A stretch of DNA of 64,000 nucleotides from Azolla caroliniana (lineage: Eukaryota > Plantae > Polypodiophyta): NCBI GenBank assembly GCA_043228905.1, contig JBHGNT010000076.1:43731-107730 (forward strand), given 5' to 3'. Positions within the stretch are counted from its first letter, which is position 1. Each line of letters starts with the position of its first letter. Both the position numbers and the translations under genes were made by a program. Under the pieces are notes generated by a model. It made no database searches and was not told the DNA's origin. It saw only the letters and a program-made list of their open reading frames with translations. Shown here piece by piece: positions 12,501 through 24,800 of the stretch.

Positions 12501-13945
12501 AAATTAGCAAATTTGAGGAGTGAGTTGAGAGGAGCCCTTGAGTAAATGAAAATGTTCATACCTGGCTCGTGTGATATTGGATTTTTGTGTTCAAACATGC
12601 GATTCGAAGCTAACAACGCTAGCTATGATATGGAATTAAAAAATCAAGATTTTGAAACTCAGGTCGAGAGACATGACGAAATTACCAAATTTGAGGAGTG
12701 AGTTGAGAAGAGCTAGTAGGTAAATGAAAATGTTCATACCTAGCTCGTGTGATATCGGATTTTTGTGTTCAAACATGCGAAACGAAGCTAACAATGCTAG
12801 ATACGATATGGAATTAAAAAATCAAGATTTTGAAACTCAGGTCGAGAGACATGACGAAATTACCAAATTTGAGGAGTGAGTTGAGAAGAGCTAGTAGGTA
12901 AATTAAAATGTTCATACTTGGGTCGTGTGATATCAGATTTTTGTGTTCAAACATGCGATTCGAAGCTAACAACGCTAGCTATGATATGGAATTAAAAAAT
13001 CAAGATTTTGAAACTCAGGTCGAGGGACATGACGAAATTAGCAAATTTGAGGAGTGTGTTGAGAAGAGCTAGTAGGTAAATTAAAATGTTCATACCTGGC
13101 TCGTGTGATATCGGATTTTTGTGTTCAAACATGCGAAACGAAGGTAACAATGCTAGATACGATATGGAATTAAAAAATCAAGATTTTGAAACTCAGGTCG
13201 AGAGACATGACGAAATTACCAAATTTGAGGAGTGAGTTGAGAAGAGCTAGTAGGTAAATGAAAATGTTCATACCTAGCTCGTGTGATATCGGATTTTTGT
13301 GTTCAAACATGCGATTCGAAGCTAAGAACGCTAGCTATGATATGGAATTAAAAAATCAAGATTTTGAAACTCAGGTCGAGAGACATGACGAAATTACCAA
13401 ATTTGAGGAGTGAGTTGAGAAGAGCTAGTAGGTAAATTAAAATGTTCATACCTGGCTCGTGTGATATCGGATTTTTGTGTTCAAACATGCGAAACGAAGC
13501 TAACATCGCTAGCTATGATATGAAATTAAAAAGTCAAGATTTTGAAACTCAGGTCGAGAGACATGACGAAATTACCAAATTTGAGGAGTGAGTTGAGAAG
13601 AGCCCTTGAGTAAATGAAACTGTTCATACCTGGCTCGTGTGATATCGGATTTCTGTGTTCAAACATGCGAAACGAAGCTAACATCGCTAGCTATGATATG
13701 AAATTAAAAGATCAAGATTTTGAAACTCAGGTCGAGAGACATGACGAAAATACCAAATTTGAGTAGTGAGTTGAGAGGAGCCCTTGAGTAAATGAAAATG
13801 TTCATACCTGGCTCGTGTGATATCGGATTTTTGTGTTCAAACATGCGATTCGAAGCTAACAACGCTAGCTATGATATGGAATTAAAAAATCAAGATTTTG
13901 AAACTCAGGTCGAGAGACATGATGAAATTAGCAAATTTGAGGAGT
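9530..13945 (+). repeat. Duplicated ~7-monomer block (~9530-10740 and ~12735-13945), offset 3204 bp (18 monomers)
   Basis: AGAACGCTAG at 10121/13325; GGATTTCTGTG, GAAAATACC and AAACTGTTC variants occur in the same order in both copies. Confidence 0.8.
10150..13040 (+). repeat. ~16-monomer block that recurs at ~30304-33194 (offset 20154) and partly at ~20140-22115 (offset 9988)
   Basis: CAAGAATTTG, GAGTAGAGAG/GGAGTCCTT, the divergent segment (ORFs at 11122/21110/31282), AGTTACGA and AGGTTGAGAG (12127/32281) occur in the same order. Confidence 0.85.
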
Positions 13946-16900
13946 GAGTGGAGAAGGGGCCGTGAGTAAATGAAACTGTTCATACCTGGCTCGTGTGATA
14001 TCGGATTTTTGTGTTCAAACATGCGAACCGAAGCTAACAACGCTAGCTATGATATGAAATTAAAAGATCAAGATTTTGAAACTCAGGTCGAGAGACATGA
14101 CGAAATTACCAAATTTGAGTAGTGAGTTGAGGGGAGCCCTTGAGTAAATGAAAATGTTCATACCTGGCTCGTGTGATATCGGATTTTTGTGTTCAAACAT
14201 GCGATTCGAAGCTAACAATGCTAGCTATGATATGGAATTAAAAAATCAAGATTTTGAAACTCAGGTCGAGAGACATGACGAAATTACCAAATTTGAGGAG
14301 TGAGTTGAAAAGAGCTAGTAGGTAAATTAAAATGTTCATACCTGGCTCGTGTGATATCGGATTTTTGTGTTCAAACATGCGAAACGAAGCTAACAACGCT
14401 AGCTATGATATGAGATTAAAAGATCAAGATTTTGAAACTCAGGTCGAGAGACATGACGAAATTACCAAATTTGAGTAGTGAGTTGAGAGGAGCCCTTGAG
14501 TAAATGAAAATGTTCATACCTGGCTCGTGTGATATCGGATTTTTGTGTTCAAACATGCGAAACGAAGCTAACAACGCTAGCTATGATATGAAATTGAAAG
14601 ATCAAGATTTTAAAACTCAGGTCGAGAGACATTACCAAATTACCAAATTTGAGTAGTGAGTTGAGAGGAGCCCTTGAGTAAATGAAAATGTTCATACCTG
14701 GCTCGTGTGATATTGGATTTTTGTGTTCAAACATGCGATTCGAAGGTAACAACGCTAGCTATGATATGGAATTAAAAAATCAAGATTTTGAAACTCAGGT
14801 CGAGAGACATGATGAAATTACCAAATTTGAGGAGTGAGTTGAGAAGAGCTAGTAGGTAAATTAAAATGTTCATACCTGGCTCTTGTGATATCCGATTTTT
14901 GTGTTCAAACATGCGAAACGAAGCTAACAATGCTAGATACGATATGGAATTAAAAAATCAAGATTTTGAAACTCAGGTCGAGAGACATGACGAAATTACC
15001 AAATTTGAGGAGTGAGTTGAGAAGAGCTAGTAGGTAAATTAAAATGTTCATACTTGGTTCGTGTGATATCGGATTTTTGTGTTCAAACATGCGATTCGAA
15101 GCTAACAACGCTAGCTAGGATATGGAATTAAAAAATCAAGATTTTGAAACTCAGGTCGAGAGACATGATGAAATTACCAAATTTGAGGAGTGAGTTGAGA
15201 AGAGCTAGTAGCTAAATTAAAATGTTCATACTTGGGTCGTGTGATATCAGATTTTTGTGTTCAAACATGCGATTCGAAGCTAACAACGCTAGCTATGATA
15301 TGGAACTAAAAAATCAAGATTTTAAAACTCAGGTCGAGGGACATGACGAAATTACCAAATTTGAGGAGTGTGTTGAGAAGAGCTAGTAGGTAAATTAAAA
15401 TGTTCATACCTGGCTCGTGTGATATCGGATTTTTGTGTTCAAACATGCGAAACGAAGGTAACAATGCTAGATACGATACGGAATTAAAAAATCAAGATTT
15501 TGAAACTCAGGTCGAGAGACATGACGAAATTACCAAATTTGAGGAGTGAGTTGAGAAGAGCTAGTAGGTAAATGAAAATGTTCATACCTACCTCGTGTGA
15601 TATCGGATTTTTGTTTTCAAACATGCGAAACGAAGCTAACAATGCTAGATACGATGTGGAATTAAAAAATCAAGATTTTGAAACTCAGGTCGAGAGACAT
15701 GACGAAATTACCAAATTTGAGGAGTGAGTTGAGGGGAGCCCTTGAGTAAATGAAAATGTTCATACCTGGCTCGTGTGATATCGGATTTTTGTGTTCAAAC
15801 ATGCGATTCGAAGCTAACAACGCTAGCTATGATATGGAATTAAAAAATCAAGATTTTGAAACTCAGGTCGAGAGACATGATGAAATTAGCAAATTTGAGG
15901 AGTGAGTTGAGGGGAGCCCTTGAGTAAATGAAAATGTTCATACCTACCTCGTGTGATATCGGATTTTTGTTTTCAAACATGCGAAACGAAGCTAACAATG
16001 CTAGATACGATATGGAATTAAAAAATCAAGATTTTGAAACTCAGGTCGAGAGACATGACGAAATTACCAAATTTGAGGAGTGAGTTGAGGGGAGCCCTTG
16101 AGTAAATGAAAATGTTCATACCTGGCTCGTGTGATATCGGATTTTTGTGTTCAAACATGCGATTCGAAGCTAACAACGCTAGCTATGATATGGAATTAAA
16201 AAATCAAGATTTTGAAACTCAGGTCGAGAGACATGATGAAATTAGCAAATTTGAGGAGTGAGTTGAGGGGAGCCCTTGAGTAAATGAAAATGTTCATACC
16301 TGGCTCGTGTGATATCGGATTTTTGTGTTCAAACATGCGATTCGAAGCTAACAACGCTAGCTATGATATGGAATTAAAAAATCAAGATTTTGAAACTCAG
16401 GTCGAGAGACATGACGAAATTACCAAATTTGAGGAGTGAGTTGAGAAGAGCTAGTAGGTAAATTAAAATGTTCATACCTGGCTCGTGTGATATCGGATTT
16501 TTGTGTTCAAACATGCGAAACGAAGCTAACATCGCTAGCTATGATATGAAATTAAAAAGTCAAGATTTTGAAACTCAGGTCGAGAGACATGACGAAATTA
16601 GCAAATTTGAGGAGTGAGTTGAGAGGAGCCCTTGAGTAAATGAAAATGTTCATACCTAGCTCGTGTGATATCGGATTTTTGTGTTCAAACATGCGAAACG
16701 AAGCTAACAATGCTAGATACAATATGGAATTAAAAAATCAAGATTTTGAAACTCAGGTCGAGAGACATGACGAAATTACCAAATTTGAGGAGTGAGTTGA
16801 GAAGAGCTAGTAGGTAAATGAAAATGTTCATACCTAGCTCGTGTGATATCGGATTTTTGTGTTCAAACATGCGAAACGAAGCTAACAATGCTAGATACGA

Positions 16901-19138
16901 TATGGAATTAAAAAATCAAGATTTTGAAACTCAGGTCGAGAGACATGACGAAATTAGCAAATTTGAGGAGTGAGTTGAGGGGAGCCCTTGAGTAAATGAA
17001 AATGTTCATACCTGGCTCGTGTGATATCGGATTTTTGTGTTCAAACATGCGATTCGAAGCTAACAACGCTAGCTATGATATGGAATTAAAAAATCAAGAT
17101 TTTGAAACTCAGGTCGAGAGACATGATGAAATTAGCAAATTTGAGGAGTGAGTTGAGGGGAGCCCTTGAGTAAATGAAAATGTTCATACCTGGCTCGTGT
17201 GATATCGGATTTTTGTGTTCAAACATGCGATTCGAAGCTAACAACGCTAGCTATGATATGGAATTAAAAAATCAAGATTTTGAAACTCAGGTCGAAAGAC
17301 ATGACGAAATTAGCAAATTTGAGGAGTGAGTTGAGAAGAGCTAGTAGGTAAATTAAAATGTTCATACCTGGCTCGTGTGATATCGGATTTTTGTGTTCAA
17401 ACATGCGAAACGAAGCTAACATCGCTAGCTATGATATGAAATTAAAAAGTCAAGATTTTGAAACTCAGGTCGAGAGACATGATGAAATTAGCAAATTTGA
17501 GGAGTGAGTTCAGGGGAGCCCTTGAGTAAATGAAAATGTTCATACCTGGCTCGTGTGATATCGGATTTTTGTGTTCAAACATGCGATTCGAAGCTAACAA
17601 CGCTAGCTATGATATGGAATTAAAAAATCAAGATTTTGAAACTCAGGTCGAGAGACATGACGAAATTAGCAAATTTGAGGAGTGAGTTGAGAAGAGCTAG
17701 TAGGTAAATTAAAATGTACATACCTGGCTCGTGTGATATCGGATTTTTGTGTTCAAACATGCGAAACGAAGCTAACATCGCTAGCTATGATATGAAATTA
17801 AAAAGTCAAGATTTTGAAACTCAGGTCGAGAGACATGACGAAATTAGCAAATTTGAGGAGTGAGTTGAGAGGAGCCCTTGAGTAAATGAAAATGTTCATA
17901 CCTGGCTCGTGTGATATCGGATTTTTGTGTTCAAACATGCGATTCGAAGCTAACAACGCTAGCTATGATATGGAATTAAAAAATCATGATTTTGAAACTC
18001 AGGTCGAGAGACATGACGAAATTACCAAATTTGAGGAGTGAGTTGAGAAGAGCTAGTAGGTAAATGAAAATGTTCATACCTAGCTCGTGTGATATCGGAT
18101 TTTTGTGTTCAAACATGCGAAACGAAGCTAACAATGCTAGATACGATATGGAATTAAAAAATCAAGATTTTGAAACTCAGGTCGAGAGACATGACGAAAT
18201 TACCAAATTTGAGGAGTGAGTTGAGGGGAGCCCTTGAGTAAATGAAAATGTTCATACCTGGCTCGTGTGATATCGGATTTTTGTGTTCAAACATGCGATT
18301 CGAAGCTAACAACGCTAGCTATGATATGGAATTAAAAAATCAAGATTTTGAAACTCAGGTCGAGAGACATGACGAAAATACCAAATTTGAGTAGTGAGTT
18401 GAGAGGAGCCCTTGAGTAAATGAAAATGTTCATACCTGGCTCCTGTGATATCGGATTTTTGTGTTCAAACATGCGATTCGAAGCTAACAACGCTAGCTAT
18501 GATATGGAATTAAAAAATCAAGATTTTGAAACTCAGGTCGAGAGACATGACGAAATTAGCAAATTTGAGGAGTGAGTTGAGAAGAGCTAGTAGGTAAATG
18601 AAAATGGTCATACCTAGCTCGTGTGATATCGGATTTTTGTGTTCAAACATGCGAAACGAAGCTAACAATGCTAGATACGATATGGAATTAAAAAATCAAG
18701 ATTTTGAAACTCAGGTCGAGAGACATGACGAAATTACCAAATTTGAGGAGTGAGTTGAGAAGAGCTAGTAGGTAAATTAAAATGTTCATACTTGGGTCGT
18801 GTGATATCAGATTTTTGTGTTCAAACATGCGATTCGAAGCTAACAACGCTAGCTATGATATGGAATTAAAAAATCAAGATTTTGAAACTCAGGTCGAGGG
18901 ACATGACGAAATTACCAAATTTGTGGAGTGAGTTGAGAAGAGCTAGTAGGTAAATTAAAATGTTCATACCTGGCTCGTGTGATATCGGATTTTTGTGTTC
19001 AAACATGCGAAACGAAGCTAACAACGCTAGCTATGATATGAAATTAAAAGATGAAGATTTTGAAACTCAGGTCGAGAGACATGACGAAATTACCAAATTT
19101 GAGTAGTGAGTTGAGAGGAGCCCTTGAGTAAATGAAAA

Positions 19139-19518
19139 TGGTCATACCTGGCTCGTGTGATATCGGATTTTTGTGTTCAAACATGCGAAACGAAGGTAAC
19201 AATGCTAGATACGATATGGAATTAAAAAATCAAGATTTTGAAACTCAGGTCGAGAGACATGACCAAATTACCAAATTTGAGGAGTGAGTTGAGAAGAGCT
19301 AGTAGGTAAATTAAAATGTTCATACTTGGTCATACCTGGCTCGTGTGATATCGGATATTTGTGTTCAAACATGCGAAACGAAGGTAACAATGCTAGATAC
19401 GATATGGAATTAAAAAATCAAGATTTTGAAACTCAGGTCGAGAGACATGACCAAATTACCAAATTTGAGGAGTGAGTTGAGAAGAGCTAGTAGGTAAATT
19501 AAAATGTTCATACTTGGT
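19139..19518 (+). repeat. 188-bp out-of-register tandem duplication bounded by TGGT microhomology (copy at 29305-29684)
   Basis: TGGT at 19139, 19327 and 19515 (spacing 188). 19139-19326 and 19327-19514 are identical except at 19357. Confidence 0.9.
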
Positions 19519-21842
19519 TCGTGTGATATCGGATTTTTGTGTTCAAACATGCCAATCGAAGCTAACAACGCTAGCTATGATATGAAATTAAAAGATCAAG
19601 ATTTTGAAACTCAGGTCGAGAGACATGACGAAATTACCAAATTTGAGGAGTGAGTTGAGAAGAGCTAGTAGGTAAATTAAAATGTTCATACCTGGCTCTT
19701 GTGATATCCGATTTTTGTGTTCAAACATGCGAAACGAAGCTAACAATGCTAGATACGATATGGAATTAAAAAATCAAGATTTTGAAACTCAGGTCGAGAG
19801 ACATGACGAAATTACCAAATTTGAGGAGTGAGTTGAGAAGAGCTAGTAGGTAAATTAAAATGTTCATACCTGGGTCGTGTGATATCGGATTTTTGTGTTC
19901 AAACATGCGAAACGAAGCTAACAATGCTAGATACGATATGGAATTAAAAAATCAAGATTTTGAAACTCAGGTCGAGAGACATGACCAAATTACCAAATTT
20001 GAGGAGTGAGTTGAGAAGAGCTAGTAGGTAAATTAAAATGTTCATACTTGGTCATACCTGGCTCGTGTGATATCGGATTTTTGTGTTCAAACATGTGAAA
20101 CGAAGGTAACAATGCTAGATACGATATGGAATTAAAAAATCAAGATTTTGAAACTCAGGTCGAGAGACATGACGAAATTACCAAATTTGAGGAGTGAGTT
20201 GAGAAGAGCTAGTAGGTAAATTAAAATGTTCATACCTGGCTCGTGTGATATCGGATTTTTGTGTTCAAACATGCGAGACGAAGCTAACATCGCTAGCTAT
20301 GATATGAAATTAAAAAGTCAAGATTTTGAAACTCAGGTCGAGAGACATGACGAAATTACCAAATTTGAGGAGTGAGTTGAGAAGAGCCCTTGAGTAAATG
20401 AAACTGTTCATACCTGGCTCGTGTGATATCGGATTTCTGTGTTCAAACATGCGAAACGAAGCTAACATCGCTAGCTATGATATGAAATTAAAAGATCAAG
20501 ATTTTGAAACTCAGGTCGAGAGACATGACGAAAATACCAAATTTGAGTAGTGAGTTGAGAGGAGCCCTTGAGTAAATGAAAATGTTCATACCTGGCTCGT
20601 GTGATATCGGATTTTTGTGTTCAAACATGCGATTCGAAGCTAACAACGCTAGCTATGATATGGAATTAAAAAATCAAGATTTTGAAACTCAGGTCGAGAG
20701 ACATGATGAAATTAGCAAATTTGAGGAGTGAGTTGAGAAGAGCTAGTAGGTAAATGAAAATGGTCATACCTAGTTCGTGTGATATCGGATTTTTGTGTTC
20801 AAACATGCGAAACGAAGCTAACAATGCTAGATACGATATGGAATTAAAAAATCAAGAATTTGAAACTCAGGTCGAGAGACATGACGAAATTACCAAATTT
20901 GAGGAGTGAGTTGAGGGGAGCCCTTGAGTAAATGAAAATGGTCATACCTGGCTCGTGTGATATCGGATTTTTGTGTTCAAACATGCGAAACGAAGCTAAC
21001 AACGCTAGCTATGATATGGAATTAAAAGATCAAGATTTTGAAACTCAGGTCGAGAGACATGACGAAATTACCAAATTTGAGTAGAGAGTTGAGAGGAGTC
21101 CTTGAGTAAATGAAAATGTTCATACCTGGTTCGTGTGATATCGGATTTTTGTGTTCAAACATGCGATTCGAAGCTAACAACGCTAGCTATGATATGGAAT
21201 TAAAAAATCAAGATTTTGAAACTCAGGTCAAGAGACATGAAGAAATTAGCAAATTAGAGGAGGGAGTGGAGAAGAGCCCGTTCGGAAATGAAAATGTTCC
21301 TACCTGGCTCGTGTGATATCTGCTTTTTGTGTTCAAACATGCGAATCGAAGCAAACAAAGCTAGCTATGATATAGAATTAAAAAATCAAGATTTTGAAAC
21401 TCAGGTCGAGAGACATGACGAAATTAGCAAATTTGAGGAGTGAGTTGAGAAGAGCTAGTAGGTAAATTAAAATGTTCATACCTGGCTGTTGTGATATCGG
21501 ATTTTTGTGTTCAAACATGCGAAACGAAGCTAACAACGCTACCTATGATATGAAATTAAAAGATCAAGATTTTGAAACTCAGGTCGAGAGACATGACGAA
21601 ATTACCAAATTTGAGGAGTGAGTTGAGAAGAGCTAGTAGGTAAATGAAAATGTTCATACCTAGCTCGTGTGATATCGGATTTTTGTGTTCAAACATGCGA
21701 AACGAAGCTAACAACGCTAGTTACGATATGGAATTAAAAAATCAAGATTTTGAAACTCAGGTCGAGAGACATGACGAAATTACCAAATTTGAGTAGTGAG
21801 TTGAGAGGAGCCCTTGAGTAAATGAAAATGTTCATACCTGGC

Positions 21843-24800
21843 TCGTGTGATATCGGATTTTTGTGTTCAAACATGCGATTCGAAGCTAACAACGCTAGCT
21901 ATGATATGGAATTAAAAAATCAAGATTTTGAAACTCAGGTCGAGAGACATGACGAAATTACCAAATTTGAGGAGTGAGTTGAGAAGAGCTAGTAGGTAAA
22001 TGAAAATGTTCATACCTGGCTCGTGTGATATCGGATTTTTGTGTTCAAACATGCGAAACGAAGCTAACAACGCTAGCTATGAGATAGAATTAAAAAATCA
22101 AGATTTTGAAACTCAGGTCGAGAGACATGTCGAAATTACCAAATTTGAGGAGTGAGTTGAGAAGAGCTAGTAGGTAAATGAAAATGTTCATACCTACCTC
22201 GTGTGATATCGGATTTTTGTTTTCAAACATGCGAAACGAAGCTAACAATGCTAGATACGATGTGGAATTAAAAAATCAAGATTTTGAAACTCAGGTCGAG
22301 AGACATGACGAAATTACCAAATTTGAGGAGTGAGTTGAGGGGAGCCCTTGAGTAAATGAAAATGTTCATACCTGGCTCGTGTGATATCGGATTTTTGTGT
22401 TCAAACATGCGATTCGAAGCTAACAACGCTAGCTATGATATGGAATTAAAAAATCAAGATTTTGAAACTCAGGTCGAGAGACATGATGAAATTAGCAAAT
22501 TTGAGGAGTGAGTTGAGGGGAGCCCTTGAGTAAATGAAAATGTTCATACCTACCTCGTGTGATATCGGATTTTTGTTTTCAAACATGCGAAACGAAGCTA
22601 ACAATGCTAGATACGATATGGAATTAAAAAATCAAGATTTTGAAACTCAGGTCGAGAGACATGACGAAATTACCAAATTTGAGGAGTGAGTTGAGGGGAG
22701 CCCTTGAGTAAATGAAAATGTTCATACCTGGCTCGTGTGATATCGGATTTTTGTGTTCAAACATGCGATTCGAAGCTAACAACGCTAGCTATGATATGGA
22801 ATTAAAAAATCAAGATTTTGAAACTCAGGTCGAGAGACATGATGAAATTAGCAAATTTGAGGAGTGAGTTGAGGGGAGCCCTTGAGTAAATGAAAATGTT
22901 CATACCTGGCTCGTGTGATATCGGATTTTTGTGTTCAAACATGCGATTCGAAGCTAACAACGCTAGCTATGATATGGAATTAAAAAATCAAGATTTTGAA
23001 ACTCAGGTCGAGAGACATGACGAAATTACCAAATTTGAGGAGTGAGTTGAGAAGAGCTAGTAGGTAAATTAAAATGTTCATACCTGGCTCGTGTGATATC
23101 GGATTTTTGTGTTCAAACATGCGAAACGAAGCTAACATCGCTAGCTATGATATGAAATTAAAAAGTCAAGATTTTGAAACTCAGGTCGAGAGACATGACG
23201 AAATTAGCAAATTTGAGCAGTGAGTTGAGAGGAGCCCTTGAGTAAATGAAAATGTTCATACCTAGCTCGTGTGATATCGGATTTTTGTGTTCAAACATGC
23301 GAAACGAAGCTAACAATGCTAGATACGATATGGAATTAAAAAATCAAGATTTTGAAACTCAGGTCGAGAGACATGACGAAATTACCAAATTTGAGGAGTG
23401 AGTTGAGAAGAGCTAGTAGGTAAATGAAAATGTTCATACCTAGCTCGTGTGATATCGGATTTTTGTGTTCAAACATGCGAAACGAAGCTAACAATGCTAG
23501 ATACGATATGGAATTAAAAAATCAAGATTTTGAAACTCAGGTCGAGAGACATGACGAAATTAGCAAATTTGAGGAGTGAGTTGAGGGGAGCCCTTGAGTA
23601 AATGAAAATGTTCATACCTGGCTCGTGTGATATCGGATTTTTGTGTTCAAACATGCGATTCGAAGCTAACAACGCTAGCTATGATATGGAATTAAAAAAT
23701 CAAGATTTTGAAACTCAGGTCGAGAGACATGATGAAATTAGCAAATTTGAGGAGTGAGTTGAGGGGAGCCCTTGAGTAAATGAAAATGTTCATACCTGGC
23801 TCGTGTGATATCGGATTTTTGTGTTCAAACATGCGATTCGAAGCTAACAACGCTAGCTATGATATGGAATTAAAAAATCAAGATTTTGAAACTCAGGTCG
23901 AAAGACATGACGAAATTAGCAAATTTGAGGAGTGAGTTGAGAAGAGCTAGTAGGTAAATTAAAATGTTCATACCTGGCTCGTGTGATATCGGATTTTTGT
24001 GTTCAAACATGCGAAACGAAGCTAACATCGCTAGCTATGATATGAAATTAAAAAGTCAAGATTTTGAAACTCAGGTCGAGAGACATGATGAAATTAGCAA
24101 ATTTGAGGAGTGAGTTCAGGGGAGCCCTTGAGTAAATGAAAATGTTCATACCTGGCTCGTGTGATATCGGATTTTTGTGTTCAAACATGCGATTCGAAGC
24201 TAACAACGCTAGCTATGATATGGAATTAAAAAATCAAGATTTTGAAACTCAGGTCGAGAGACATGACGAAATTAGCAAATTTGAGGAGTGAGTTGAGAAG
24301 AGCTAGTAGGTAAATGAAAATGTTCCTACCTGGCTCGTGTGATATCTGCTTTTTGTGTTCAAACATGCGAAACGAAGCTAACATCGCTAGCTATGATATG
24401 AAATTAAAAAGTCAAGATTTTGAAACTCAGGTCGAGAGACATGACGAAATTAGCAAATTTGAGGAGTGAGTTGAGAGGAGCCCTTGAGTAAATGAAAATG
24501 TTCATACCTGGCTCGTGTGATATCGGATTTTTGTGTTCAAACATGCGATTCGAAGCTAACAACGCTAGCTATGATATGGAATTAAAAAATCATGATTTTG
24601 AAACTCAGGTCGAGAGACATGACGAAATTACCAAATTTGAGGAGTGAGTTGAGAAGAGCTAGTAGGTAAATGAAAATGTTCATACCTAGCTCGTGTGATA
24701 TCGGATTTTTGTGTTCAAACATGCGAAACGAAGCTAACAATGCTAGATACGATATGGAATTAAAAAATCAAGATTTTGAAACTCAGGTCGAGAGACATGA

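Noticed and set aside
14549-14752. 67-aa minus-strand ORF
   Set aside because: Chance open frame on the reverse strand of satellite monomers carrying local variants; non-ATG start and no protein features.
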